From IMG/VR virus record IMGVR_UViG_3300023181_000025, positions 147,169 to 211,168 of that record: 64,000 bases of DNA, one strand, 5' to 3'. This document shows positions 27,293 to 36,657 of this stretch, piece after piece. Made by a program: the position numbers and the translations under genes. The notes beneath the pieces were generated by a model. That model was not told the origin of the DNA, did no database searches, and saw only the letters and a program-made list of their open reading frames with translations. Numbering within the stretch: position 1 is the first letter of the stretch; every line of letters starts with the position of its first letter.

Positions 27293-27796
27293 ATGAAACT
27301 ACAACTCATAAACAAAACTGAATTTAACAAACTTTCCGCCGCCCAAAAGCGCGTGGCAATCGCAAAGGATGTTCTATTGCGAATTAAAAAGAAAAATATT
27401 AAGCAATACCAAGGTGATTTTTTCTTAAATAAAGAAGATATATTTGAAGAACTTGACGAAAAAGATTCTATTCAAGACGCAATCAACAGTTCGCAATGCG
27501 AAGTATGCGCAAAAGGAGCACTCGTTTGCTCATGGGTAGGAAATTTTAACAAAGTAAAAAAGGAAGATATCGAATCATTTGAGGTCAATTTGGTTTTTGA
27601 AGACGCGGCCCCTAAAGGATTGGTTAAACTTTTCGGGCGTGACATGCTTGATTCTATTGAATATAATTTTGAGGGCGAAGATTATGCTTGGACTTCCCAT
27701 AACGCTCTCAGAAAAGGTTACAATAAAAAATATAATAATAATTTGCGCGCTATTATGCAAAACATCATCGAAAACGAAGGCAAATTCATTCCTTAA
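27293..27796 (+). CDS. Paralog family C member
   Basis: QKRVAIAKDVL; CEVCAKGALVCSW; close to ORF 32284. Confidence 0.85.
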   Translation: MKLQLINKTEFNKLSAAQKRVAIAKDVLLRIKKKNIKQYQGDFFLNKEDIFEELDEKDSIQDAINSSQCEVCAKGALVCSWVGNFNKVKKEDIESFEVNLVFEDAAPKGLVKLFGRDMLDSIEYNFEGEDYAWTSHNALRKGYNKKYNNNLRAIMQNIIENEGKFIP

Positions 27797-27806
27797 TATC
27801 AATAAT

Positions 27807-28235
27807 ATGACAAAAGAAGTATTTTTGTTGGTGGGAATAAGCTATCTACACGTAGAGGGCCGCAAAATGCGTCATCGTCTTGACGAGCTTTACAGAACCG
27901 ATAAAGAGAAAGCAATTGCTTTAAATAAAGAATACCGCGCCTCTAAAGAATTTGTTTCTCATATCGGGAGTTCTACTGTTTTAAAAGGAATATTTGAAAC
28001 ACAAAAAGAAGCGATTGATTTTCTTCAAGAAAACCAGAACCATATCCATGAAGGCGCGTATTATACTTATTTTGTAATTGAAAAAAGATATTTTGGATAT
28101 GAAGGATATTCTTTTTTTGAGGTAGATCCAGAGCTTTGGTTTGAGGGTCAAAGCTGCGGTTCAGATTGGCATGACTATAAATATGTCCAATGTGAGAAGC
28201 CCGAATTTTATAAAGGAATAATTGGATTTGCGTGA
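27807..28235 (+). CDS. Hypothetical protein
   Basis: Tiling; start ATG 27807. Confidence 0.7.
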   Translation: MTKEVFLLVGISYLHVEGRKMRHRLDELYRTDKEKAIALNKEYRASKEFVSHIGSSTVLKGIFETQKEAIDFLQENQNHIHEGAYYTYFVIEKRYFGYEGYSFFEVDPELWFEGQSCGSDWHDYKYVQCEKPEFYKGIIGFA

Positions 28236-28252
28236 AACATAAATATTAATAT

Positions 28253-28531
28253 ATGATTACGATAACTCGACAAGAATTAATTGATTTCATCAAACGCCAA
28301 CCTGATGAAAAAGAATTTTGGATGGACCAATCGACAAACCAATCTTCTTGCGGTTGTCTCATGGTTCAATACGGGAGAGAACAAAACTGGGACTTCGAGG
28401 GCTGCGGGTTTACTTCATGGTGGAGTGAAGCTGATGAGCTAATAGCACAAATTCCTTTTAATATTTTTTCTTTAGCTCCAAATGTAACTAAAAACACTTA
28501 TGGAGAAACAAAAAAGTTTCTTGGGCTATAA
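28253..28531 (+). CDS. Paralog family B member
   Basis: TRQELIDFI..QPD; CGCLMVQYGRE. Confidence 0.85.
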   Translation: MITITRQELIDFIKRQPDEKEFWMDQSTNQSSCGCLMVQYGREQNWDFEGCGFTSWWSEADELIAQIPFNIFSLAPNVTKNTYGETKKFLGL

Positions 28532-28542
28532 ATATTAATAAT

Positions 28543-28791
28543 ATGTCCAATCAACCAATTTCCGCAAACCCTTATGAAGTCACAGACGAACAACTGGCGA
28601 TTGATTATGTTTTTCGTGCCGCGCATGGAGCGCAACGAAATCCTCATGTCGCTGCAATTGTTTTGCAAAAGTATGTAATGGATTTGGAGGCTAGGGGCTG
28701 GAAATGGCAACCAGAAGAATTTCCTAGTGTGGTGAAAGAAAATATTATGCTCAATCAAGAACGGGAGATTATTGATTTGACAATAACCTGA
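28543..28791 (+). CDS. Hypothetical protein
   Basis: Tiling. Confidence 0.6.
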   Translation: MSNQPISANPYEVTDEQLAIDYVFRAAHGAQRNPHVAAIVLQKYVMDLEARGWKWQPEEFPSVVKENIMLNQEREIIDLTIT

Positions 28792-28810
28792 ATTCCTCCA
28801 TTCTAAGCGC

Positions 28811-29275
28811 ATGACCAACAGCAACTCACCAGTCTATGGCGATCTTCTTAAAGACGTTTACATCCCTGATATTTGCGAGCGCGTAATGTATAAATGGGCG
28901 GGTAAAGAAAAGGCTGAACCGCACCGCGTTGAGGGTTGGTATAAAGCAATTCCAGAGCGCGAAAAGCCTGCGGAAGATGCTGATTTCATGGAGAGGATCG
29001 GCTGGGATTTGGGGAAAGAGGATCGTGAGCGTCGTGCAGAGCGTGGTGATGTTCGTGTTATTGCTTGTTCTCGTGAGGAAGCAACTCATGTTTCGATCTA
29101 CGCTGTGGCGGGTGCGCTTGTTCGTATCGACAGGGTGGAGCCAACGAAAAAGCATGTTGAATGGAGTGCGGAACTGATTGAAGAAACGCGCAAAACTTGG
29201 CTTAACTTTTATTGCCGCGATGCAATGTATTTTGGTGCTGAGACTGAAAAATTAGTTTCCACACATAGATTCTAA
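28811..29275 (+). CDS. Hypothetical protein
   Basis: Leaderless after promoter at 28777. Confidence 0.7.
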   Translation: MTNSNSPVYGDLLKDVYIPDICERVMYKWAGKEKAEPHRVEGWYKAIPEREKPAEDADFMERIGWDLGKEDRERRAERGDVRVIACSREEATHVSIYAVAGALVRIDRVEPTKKHVEWSAELIEETRKTWLNFYCRDAMYFGAETEKLVSTHRF

Positions 29276-29279
29276 CCAC

Positions 29280-29765
29280 ATGGTTACTCCTTCCACGCAC
29301 TACGTTAAGTTCACTGGTAAATTCCGCGACCTTAAGGGTCAAGGATACCGATTCTGGAAGGCTTTTGGGCGTAATTACAGAGTTTATAGCAAAACTTTAA
29401 ACGCTCGTAATCTCACTATATGGCAACATCATGGAGGCTATTTTGAGGTTGCTGATTTGTATGAGCTTTCTGTGATGCTTGTTGAGTTGATTCGGGGAGG
29501 GTTCCAAGGGGTTACGCCAAACATCGGCATATTTTCAGGGCAACAGCGTTATACTATGGTGTTTGATCGACAAGAAAACAAATTTGTTGATGCTATTGGT
29601 CCGAATACAGCAAGGTATGCATTAAAAAATAACGATGACGCTGGGTTTGATGCGTGGTATGAGCGTTATCGGGAATATTGCCTCTGTAAGGATACGATTG
29701 AGGAAATCCAGCACCTACTATCTTCGGGGCAAATCGAGATAGCTCTTGACAATCGGAAGAAATAA
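29280..29765 (+). CDS. Hypothetical protein
   Basis: Tiling. Confidence 0.7.
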   Translation: MVTPSTHYVKFTGKFRDLKGQGYRFWKAFGRNYRVYSKTLNARNLTIWQHHGGYFEVADLYELSVMLVELIRGGFQGVTPNIGIFSGQQRYTMVFDRQENKFVDAIGPNTARYALKNNDDAGFDAWYERYREYCLCKDTIEEIQHLLSSGQIEIALDNRKK

Positions 29766-30289
29766 TCCATAGTTGATCCATGAAGGAATTTAATCTCGCC
29801 CAACTTAGATATGCTGAGGAAGTATGTTTTAAGGACGATTTCATTAAGCTATTCAACAAATACGCTTTGAATTCGTTAGAAGAGAACTTGGGACTATATC
29901 ACTGGTATTATATTTGCAGCGATTATCAAGGCAAAGTATTGAATTGGATTTTCCACTGGTCCCGCGCTGACATGAAAAATGCGATGGGTGGGATCATCGA
30001 AGGAATGCTCACCGATCTAATTGGAGATTACAAAGGATAAAATGAAAAGTTTAATCTTAGGGTTTATTTTGGGGTTCATGATGGTTTTTGGCGTGTGGTG
30101 GCTCAAAACTCCGAATCCCCCATTGGTTTGCTTTCTTCTGGCGGTAGCCTCTATCATTTACCCTCTCAAGGTAAAGATAGATGAGTTAAGCACCAAAATT
30201 TATGAATTCGACAAAGATTGCGGCGGAATTCTTGTAGATTTCCTGAAATGTGTTGAGGGTAAAAAGGATGTTGACAATCGGAAGAAATA
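29746..30289 (+). repeat. 19-bp direct repeat TTGACAATCGGAAGAAATA (29746-29764 and 30271-30289) flanking a two-gene cassette
   Basis: Exact match; both copies are promoter -35/spacer and encode C-terminal DNRK. Confidence 0.9.
29780..30040 (+). CDS. Hypothetical protein
   Basis: Leaderless after promoter at 29746. Confidence 0.65.
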   Translation: MKEFNLAQLRYAEEVCFKDDFIKLFNKYALNSLEENLGLYHWYYICSDYQGKVLNWIFHWSRADMKNAMGGIIEGMLTDLIGDYKG

Positions 30290-30290
30290 G
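30042..30290 (+). CDS. Membrane protein, duplicated at 49638
   Basis: Two TM segments; near-identical DNA copy. Confidence 0.75.
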   Translation: MKSLILGFILGFMMVFGVWWLKTPNPPLVCFLLAVASIIYPLKVKIDELSTKIYEFDKDCGGILVDFLKCVEGKKDVDNRKK

Positions 30291-30304
30291 TTCATTCTAC
30301 TCAC

Positions 30305-30532
30305 ATGGACCGCGAAGCATTAGAAGCTGAATTGAATAGTCTTTACGAACAAATTGGTTCGGTGGGGGCGATTAGCGAAATTCCTGAATCTGTGTTCGAG
30401 CGAGTATGGGAAATCGAAAGGATTCTTACCCCGTCTTCGTTGGAATTGGAAGAGGATTATCGTTGCGGCTGCGAATCTGTGTGGTGCATGGAGTGTGCCT
30501 GCGAACGTGGTGGATGCCCCGAAGATATTTAA
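30305..30532 (+). CDS. Hypothetical protein with Cys-rich C-terminus
   Basis: CGC...C..C.C. Confidence 0.65.
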   Translation: MDREALEAELNSLYEQIGSVGAISEIPESVFERVWEIERILTPSSLELEEDYRCGCESVWCMECACERGGCPEDI

Positions 30533-30533
30533 T

Positions 30534-30824
30534 ATGAAAGGCTTAAAAGTTACTACTATTCCAGAACAACGGGTAGAAACTTTCAATGATGGAGAATCAT
30601 TGGGGTTTTTAAATCAGTTTGAAATAAATCGTCTTCGTATTGAAGTAAAGGATTTCTATAAGGGAAAACCCTCTACCGCTGACACTGGCCTTGAATTGCT
30701 GTTTGACGGTCAGACGATCAGAATTGACTCTAACGGTAATTTGGAATCTTGGCCGCGTGGTCTATTTGATATGTTGGATAACCAATTGATGGTTTTGATT
30801 GATTGGCCCCAAGAAAATAGTTGA
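30534..30824 (+). CDS. Hypothetical protein
   Basis: I.ID.NG.L..WP.G.FD tail. Confidence 0.7.
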   Translation: MKGLKVTTIPEQRVETFNDGESLGFLNQFEINRLRIEVKDFYKGKPSTADTGLELLFDGQTIRIDSNGNLESWPRGLFDMLDNQLMVLIDWPQENS

Positions 30825-30854
30825 CAAATAAGTCCTCTCAAGTAGAGTAACTAC

Positions 30855-31184
30855 ATGAAGCGATACGAAGTCAACCTTTGTAATTCTGAAACCTTTCAAG
30901 GTATGATCGAAGCTCCCGATGGCGATTGGGTTGCTTATGACGAGCTTGGTGTGGTCTCGATGGACAAAGATAAGTTTTATAAAATTGCTAAGTCAATGGA
31001 GCCAGAAAAGAATTGTCGCTTATCTGGTGATGGAAAGCCTTTGTCAAAAGACAAACAAAGATGGCTGAATATTATGGTGGGGGAGATTCGCGCATTGCGC
31101 GAACTTTACGGCCAAGAAAACCCTTTAATAAAAGAAATCTGCACAAATCTACTCGTCGAGGCCATTCTTCTTGACGGCGAGTAA
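30855..31184 (+). CDS. Hypothetical protein
   Basis: MKRY...M...PDGDWV.Y. Confidence 0.7.
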   Translation: MKRYEVNLCNSETFQGMIEAPDGDWVAYDELGVVSMDKDKFYKIAKSMEPEKNCRLSGDGKPLSKDKQRWLNIMVGEIRALRELYGQENPLIKEICTNLLVEAILLDGE

Positions 31185-31205
31185 AATTCAATTAATTTAC
31201 CCCAC

Positions 31206-31451
31206 ATGACCGAGAATCAGGTTAATGTAATTCGATTTGCCGCATTATCTTTGGAACTAACGCTTTGCGATTCATTGAAAAATGATTTCGAAGAGGATCG
31301 CATACAAAAAGAAAATGTTTTGCAGGGTTTATTTTGTAACGCTGATTTGTTAGGTTTAGATTCTGGTGAAATTATTAAAGAATTCGAACGCCAAATGAGC
31401 GTTGTTTCGTGGCTTAGACCATCAATGATGGAGAGCCCTTGGGGTTTTTAA
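31206..31451 (+). CDS. Hypothetical protein
   Basis: Leaderless after promoter at 31171. Confidence 0.6.
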   Translation: MTENQVNVIRFAALSLELTLCDSLKNDFEEDRIQKENVLQGLFCNADLLGLDSGEIIKEFERQMSVVSWLRPSMMESPWGF

Positions 31452-31506
31452 AGCTTTTTTGCAGAAAAAAGTTGACAAATTAATTTACAACGAATAGATT
31501 ATCCCC

Positions 31507-31809
31507 ATGACCACAGTTACCAGACAACAAATCATTGATTTCGTCCGCGCCCAACCCAATGATCGTCCCGTTAATATGGATGAAAACTCAAACAATGAAA
31601 CAGGTTGCGGCTGCGTGATGATTCATTACGGCAGGGAGATTTTGAAACTATCTCAGAATGATTTTGAGGGTTGCGGCTGCACCGTTTGGGAGGGGTTTAA
31701 TGGAGATATTCTTGCCAAAATTGAAAACAGAGAAAGGATCGAAAAGATCCTTTCGGTCAAGCTTTATTTCCGGGGAACGTATGGAGATATTAAAACAAAG
31801 CTTTCATAA
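31507..31809 (+). CDS. Paralog family B member
   Basis: TRQQIIDFV.AQP; CGCVMIHYGRE. Confidence 0.85.
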   Translation: MTTVTRQQIIDFVRAQPNDRPVNMDENSNNETGCGCVMIHYGREILKLSQNDFEGCGCTVWEGFNGDILAKIENRERIEKILSVKLYFRGTYGDIKTKLS

Positions 31810-31838
31810 TATATTACCTTACCTAAAATCTCCTAAAC

Positions 31839-32051
31839 ATGGATATTTACTGCTGTTTTAAACCCACTAAAAGGAATGAGAAGTGTCCACAAGATGTAAA
31901 TCCCGCTTCGCGGCGAATCCTTTATTTTGTGCGCGAAGACCCCGCTGGGGGTTTCACATTGGAGCGGGTTAAAACTGGCGCAATTGAACATGTTGACGAT
32001 ATTTCCCACTTGAAGAAAATGCCCAAAGACTTTATTTTACCCCTCAAATAA
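31839..32051 (+). CDS. Hypothetical protein
   Basis: Tiling. Confidence 0.55.
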   Translation: MDIYCCFKPTKRNEKCPQDVNPASRRILYFVREDPAGGFTLERVKTGAIEHVDDISHLKKMPKDFILPLK

Positions 32052-32066
32052 GATATATTAGTTAAT

Positions 32067-32273
32067 ATGAATAAACCATTTCTACTTATTGCGGGGCGTA
32101 ATTATTACCCCTGTGGCGGCACAGAAGATTGGATTGACCGTTTTGAAACAGAAGAACAGGCCAAAGAAGCCGTTATAATCGACAAATCAAGTAGCTGGGG
32201 CTACACCATTAATGGAAATTATTATGATTGGTTTTCAATAGTAAATCTTGACACTTGGCAAAAAGACAGTTAA
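32067..32273 (+). CDS. Hypothetical phage protein
   Basis: FLLIAG.NYYP.GG..DW...F. Confidence 0.75.
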   Translation: MNKPFLLIAGRNYYPCGGTEDWIDRFETEEQAKEAVIIDKSSSWGYTINGNYYDWFSIVNLDTWQKDS

Positions 32274-32283
32274 ACATACCCCT

Positions 32284-32781
32284 ATGAAACTTATTGATAA
32301 AAAGACATTCAAATCTCTTACCGCCGCCCAAAAGCGCGTGGAAATTGCGAAAGACGTTCTGCTTCGAATTAAGAAGAAAATGGTGTCACCTACGGTGGGC
32401 CAGTTTTTTACTAATCTTGATGATGTTATAGGAGGCTTAGATTGGAAAGACTCAGTCCAAGAAGCCATCAATAATTCACAATGCGAGGTATGCGCCAAAG
32501 GGGCGCTGGTTTGTTCTTGGGTTGGAAACTTTAACAGGGTTAAGAAGAAAGATGTTGTAGGTTTCGATATAGATCTTAGATACGAAGATAGCTTTCCAAA
32601 ATCTTTGGTGAAACTATTCGGACGCGATATGCTTGATTGTATTGAAAACAATTTTGAGGGAATGGATTATGGCTGGGCCTCAAAAGAGGCAAGTAAACGA
32701 GGTATCCACCCTAAATATTGCGGGAATCTCGCGGCCATTATGAAAAACATTATTAAAAATAATGGCACATTCATTCCTTAA
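32284..32781 (+). CDS. Paralog family C member
   Basis: QKRVEIAKDVL; CEVCAKGALVCSW. Confidence 0.85.
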   Translation: MKLIDKKTFKSLTAAQKRVEIAKDVLLRIKKKMVSPTVGQFFTNLDDVIGGLDWKDSVQEAINNSQCEVCAKGALVCSWVGNFNRVKKKDVVGFDIDLRYEDSFPKSLVKLFGRDMLDCIENNFEGMDYGWASKEASKRGIHPKYCGNLAAIMKNIIKNNGTFIP

Positions 32782-32799
32782 CAATTTTAAATATTCGAT

Positions 32800-33096
32800 A
32801 TGAAAACCATTTCAACAAAAGAAATTCTAGATTTTGTCCGCGCCCAACCAGATGATAAAATGGTTAATATGACTGAATCGCTTAATTCAGACCCATGCGG
32901 CTGCGTTATGGTGCAGTATGGCCGGGAAAACAATATTGATTTTGATTGTTGTTTGGCTCGTAGCTTTTATAGAAACAAATCATTTGAAAACCCAATAGCT
33001 TTTCTTGAGGATAGTATTTTCTATATTCTTGGTATAGCCGGAAATTGGATTGGAACTTATGGAGAATTGAAAAAGAAACTACTTGACAAAGTATAG
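32800..33096 (+). CDS. Paralog family B member
   Basis: ILDFVRAQPD; CGCVMVQYGRE. Confidence 0.85.
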   Translation: MKTISTKEILDFVRAQPDDKMVNMTESLNSDPCGCVMVQYGRENNIDFDCCLARSFYRNKSFENPIAFLEDSIFYILGIAGNWIGTYGELKKKLLDKV

Positions 33097-33243
33097 GGAC
33101 AGGAACTGAAACAAAGCAGGTATCAAGCCCTGTCATCGTTATTTTTTATTATTTCTCATTGACATTAATTCTCAATACCCATATTTTATACCCAATGAAA
33201 CGCCGCGCTTCTTACTGTAATTTTACTAAAAATGATTAACCAT

Positions 33244-34047
33244 ATGAATGAATCAGATATTGCCCGCAAATCGTGTCCTGAAGGTTTCCATTATTTTGGG
33301 AATGGGCCAATTATTAATCCGGGAAGCGATTCGAATCGCGATGTGAGAGGTTATTTTAAAGAAAAATGGTGGGATCATAACTGTAATGGTTTAGGCTCTT
33401 CTATTCTTTATGCAATTCGCAAGGGGTCGAAACTTGCGCACATTAATGGATTAGAAAAGTCTTTTGAAGATATCGCGCGAGAAAGCTTGGACGGCAACTA
33501 TTGGTTTATTAAAGGGCCAATTAAAAGAGAAAGGGGCTTCAATGAAGGCGTGGCCATGTTTCTGCTGGGATCAAAAGAATGGGATTATGGTTCCAACATG
33601 GGCAGTGAGGAATATTTTTATGGAATTAAAAAGGGCTCCAGTCTAGCTATTCTTAATAAACTTGAGGGCCTCTATCCTCAATTGCCTAAGAATGCCGAGT
33701 ATATTGGCATGGGGTCGCCAGATAGAGAAAACGAGCGATGCGAGTATGTTTTTGGAGAGGGCGCGGGAACCAAGGAATGGCTTCATTATGGAAATTATTA
33801 CTTTGACGGATGGAAACCCTTGAGCCCAAACCTTCATTACGCCCGTATTGTTAAAAACCCGCATCTTAATTTTATTGAAGCCTTTAAAGAGCTTCAAAAG
33901 GGAAAAGAACTAATGGGGCCGAGCGGCGTAGTAATTTGGATGGAAAACGGATGTATTTGGGTTAAAATGGATCATCCGCATGAACCTCTCCAGTATAACT
34001 TTCGCGAAATAGATTATTTTTTTGAAAAGTGGAAAGTAATTGATTAA
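33244..34047 (+). CDS. Three-repeat protein with C-terminal Tad2/DUF2829-like domain
   Basis: Repeats DIAR.S...GPI...W...G.....Y.I.KGS.LA..N.LE; tail NFIEAF..L.KGK...D.....W.VI. Confidence 0.6.
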   Translation: MNESDIARKSCPEGFHYFGNGPIINPGSDSNRDVRGYFKEKWWDHNCNGLGSSILYAIRKGSKLAHINGLEKSFEDIARESLDGNYWFIKGPIKRERGFNEGVAMFLLGSKEWDYGSNMGSEEYFYGIKKGSSLAILNKLEGLYPQLPKNAEYIGMGSPDRENERCEYVFGEGAGTKEWLHYGNYYFDGWKPLSPNLHYARIVKNPHLNFIEAFKELQKGKELMGPSGVVIWMENGCIWVKMDHPHEPLQYNFREIDYFFEKWKVID

Positions 34048-34048
34048 T

Positions 34049-34366
34049 ATGAGCAATAAACTATATTCATATGGAAACCGCGATTTCCCTATATGCGAAA
34101 GAAGCCGTGTTGTTTGTGCCGCCAATCGCCGAAAAGATGGCTTGATAATTTGCGGCGCTCGCCATTGGGATAGCGTCATGAGAGGGCAGAAGAATGCAAT
34201 TGGAGGCGCGCCCGAAGATTGGTATGATATAGAAGATGGGTTCATTGACCAATTCAATAACTTCTTGACACGGGAGGAAGCTTGGGTTATTGCTCTTAAA
34301 CAAAGGCAAATTATTCGCGACGAGGATAAAACGCCCGGCACCCTCTATTCTGAAAACCTTTATTAG
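34049..34366 (+). CDS. Conserved hypothetical phage protein
   Basis: VCAA...G.RH...GFIDQ...FLTREEA...LYSE.LY. Confidence 0.8.
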   Translation: MSNKLYSYGNRDFPICERSRVVCAANRRKDGLIICGARHWDSVMRGQKNAIGGAPEDWYDIEDGFIDQFNNFLTREEAWVIALKQRQIIRDEDKTPGTLYSENLY

Positions 34367-34384
34367 AAATATCCAAATTAATAC

Positions 34385-34942
34385 ATGAACTCAATCTTAA
34401 ATTTTTATTATTTTCATCCGGTTTGGGGCTTTATTGTTCCAATAGCTTTTTTTATTATTTTAACTGCATTCTTCCACAGGATTGACAGGTTTGACGAATC
34501 GGGACTAGTTTCACTTTGTGGGCTGGGCGCGCTCCTAAGTTTTATTGGTTCTATTCTTCTTATTTTTGGAAGTTATTCAAAAATTAATGACCGATGGGAA
34601 GAAGAAACCCCTTTGAAAATTATTTCAATTACTTCTAAAGAAGGGTGGAACATACAAGGGGCAGGAGGCGGAAGTGTTTTAGGTTTTGCCGGACAAGTTC
34701 AAGGTGGATCGGCTTCAAAATATTCATTTTATTGTGAAGAAAAGGGCTTTATTGTCAAAAAGGTTGTTGACTTTGACAAGGTAAGGTTCCAGTATGGCCC
34801 CGAACCAAAAGTTACCCCTTGTTATCGTCTTAACAGTGACCGGGGCGGGACGACTTATTATGTAGATAAAAATTCAGAATTTATCTATACAATCACTGTC
34901 CCCGAGGGTTCGTTTGAAAAATATATCACTATTTCACAATAA
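34385..34942 (+). CDS. Membrane protein
   Basis: Two N-terminal TM helices; ITVPEGS. Confidence 0.75.
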   Translation: MNSILNFYYFHPVWGFIVPIAFFIILTAFFHRIDRFDESGLVSLCGLGALLSFIGSILLIFGSYSKINDRWEEETPLKIISITSKEGWNIQGAGGGSVLGFAGQVQGGSASKYSFYCEEKGFIVKKVVDFDKVRFQYGPEPKVTPCYRLNSDRGGTTYYVDKNSEFIYTITVPEGSFEKYITISQ

Positions 34943-34946
34943 AAAT

Positions 34947-35327
34947 ATGAATTATAAAATTAAGAAAGGAAGCGAAATCTCTCTTCGGGCTTTGCTTGGG
35001 GCCCTTGTTGGGCTTGGGTATAAATTTTCCGATTATTTCGAAGATGTAGAAAGATATTTACGTAAATCCACTTATCCGTATGTCCTTATCACAGAAAGCG
35101 GTATTATTGATGCGTGCCGGGAGAATTATACTGAAGCGGAGATCATTTTATGGCCGGAAGGCTTTGAGGAGATTATTTCGGTAGCTCTTATAAAATCAAT
35201 TTATATCGAAAATGTGGGGAAATATAAAGCAAAAATTACCGCTAAAGGCATTAAAGTGGGCTGCACTTCGATTTCATTTGAAAAGTTTAATGAGATTGCC
35301 GAAGCGGTCAAAAGTTTCCAACAATAA
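34947..35327 (+). CDS. Paralog family D member
   Basis: WPE...I.NVG.Y.A.I....IKVGC..ISFEKF.EI. Confidence 0.8.
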   Translation: MNYKIKKGSEISLRALLGALVGLGYKFSDYFEDVERYLRKSTYPYVLITESGIIDACRENYTEAEIILWPEGFEEIISVALIKSIYIENVGKYKAKITAKGIKVGCTSISFEKFNEIAEAVKSFQQ

Positions 35328-35364
35328 TCTTTGACAGACCGGATGAGACCCGGTAAGTTATAAG

Positions 35365-35590
35365 CAGTCGCCCATGCTGATTTTCTTTTTAGTTTTATTC
35401 AGCTAGAATTATTAAGAAAAGGGGCGGAATTGAATAAAAAATAGAGGTAAATCGAAACTATATAAGCTATTTGGTTCGAGTCCAAAAGGGTTGGCGTTCT
35501 TTCTATTAGGAAGACGCTATATAGAAGTAGGAAAAAGATAAAACGTGTAGCTAGCGGGGGTGGGAGATTTTCTCCTGCCCCTCTTTTTTT
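35365..35590 (+). ncRNA. Candidate standalone structured RNA (about 225 nt) with pseudoknot and T-loop
   Basis: Promoter TTGACA-N17-TAAGTT at 35330; long 5' stem; TTTGG-TTCGAGT-CCAAA; ends in terminator. Confidence 0.65.
35556..35590 (+). terminator. Rho-independent terminator
   Basis: GGGGGTGGGAGA-TTT-TCTCCTGCCCCT plus T tract. Confidence 0.85.
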
Positions 35591-35625
35591 GTTGACATCA
35601 AAGGCGTAAAATATAAGATGAGCTT

Positions 35626-35790
35626 ATGGAAAACCATATTGACGCCGCCGAATCGAAAGAGACCAGCTACGAAATTGGCTGGAAGGCCGGGGAAACCGAT
35701 GCCCCTTATGACAATCCATACATGGAGAATACCGACGAATGGGTTCAATATAATCAAGGATTTTGCGAGGCCGTTAAAACTGTAAACTAA
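35626..35790 (+). CDS. Rmf-like small protein (54 aa)
   Basis: YEIGWKAG......NPY......W..Y.QGF; leaderless after promoter at 35592; not in ORF track. Confidence 0.55.
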   Translation: MENHIDAAESKETSYEIGWKAGETDAPYDNPYMENTDEWVQYNQGFCEAVKTVN

Positions 35791-35899
35791 AATATTAATA
35801 TGAACATATGTAATTTTTTTCTTTGTTTTAATGAGGTAACCGTCAAAGAAATTGACAAAACGACAGGGTGATTTATCGCTGGCGAGAACTACACAAATA

Positions 35900-36124
35900 A
35901 TGAGAGACATTAACAATACTGAATATTCTAATCCGTGTCAATACATTCTAGACACTTCTTCTGAGAACTGGATTGAGGATTTAGAAGAGAAACCTTTTAA
36001 TATTCAAAAGAAATCAATGCCAATTAATTGCGGCAATAAAAATATTTCGCCATATAGGGTATCTAAACGTCGCAAGAAAAAAGAATTTTCCAGAAAATCT
36101 AAACAAAAGAACCGCCGCCCATGA
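35900..36124 (+). CDS. Hypothetical protein with basic tail
   Basis: KRRKKK..SRKSK.KNR. Confidence 0.55.
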   Translation: MRDINNTEYSNPCQYILDTSSENWIEDLEEKPFNIQKKSMPINCGNKNISPYRVSKRRKKKEFSRKSKQKNRRP

Positions 36125-36360
36125 ACACCGAAACCAATATTCAAAAATCTAGGAGAGACTCTGTTCCGAAAAGCCCGCAAGATAAATTTACTTCCCTTTG
36201 TTTGTTTTATAGGACAAAGAATAAAGAACCAGACTCTGGCCTTTTTAGTTGCCTTGCTGGGGAAATGTTCCCTGACAGTTGGCACGCAGCTTTTGAATCT
36301 GGAGTTTGGGAGGAAAAGGGGGTCTATGGCGATAATTTTCGTAAATATTTTGGGCTTTAA
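36121..36360 (+). CDS. Hypothetical protein
   Basis: ATGA overlap. Confidence 0.55.
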   Translation: MNTETNIQKSRRDSVPKSPQDKFTSLCLFYRTKNKEPDSGLFSCLAGEMFPDSWHAAFESGVWEEKGVYGDNFRKYFGL

Positions 36361-36363
36361 ACT

Positions 36364-36657
36364 ATGACAAATAATAAACGTTGCTGCAATTGCCGATACT
36401 CCCTTACGGAAGACAATGGTTATTCAAATTGGACAGTTGAGGGAACCGATATTGATTGCCTCAAAAAACTCAATCCGTCTTTTCCTGTTGACGCTTGGTA
36501 TGGAGAATGCCCCGAAGGAAAATTCGCATAAACATGCCCTTCTTTCACAGAGGGCGAAGGCGTTCATGTTGATGTGGATAAAGATGACGGAAAGCTAGAA
36601 AACTATTCGCCTCATCCTGACATTAAAGAACTACTTAGAGCCCGCGAACTTTCTTAA
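36364..36657 (+). pseudogene. Cys-rich ORF interrupted by in-frame TAA (36529-36531)
   Basis: CCNC.Y....GYSNWTVEG...FA*TCPSF.EG reads on in the same frame. Confidence 0.6.

Noticed and set aside
35470-35486. GGTTCGAGTCC as a third canonical tRNA
   Set aside because: Only a T-arm; no acceptor, D or anticodon arms in tRNA geometry. Treated as part of a larger ncRNA.
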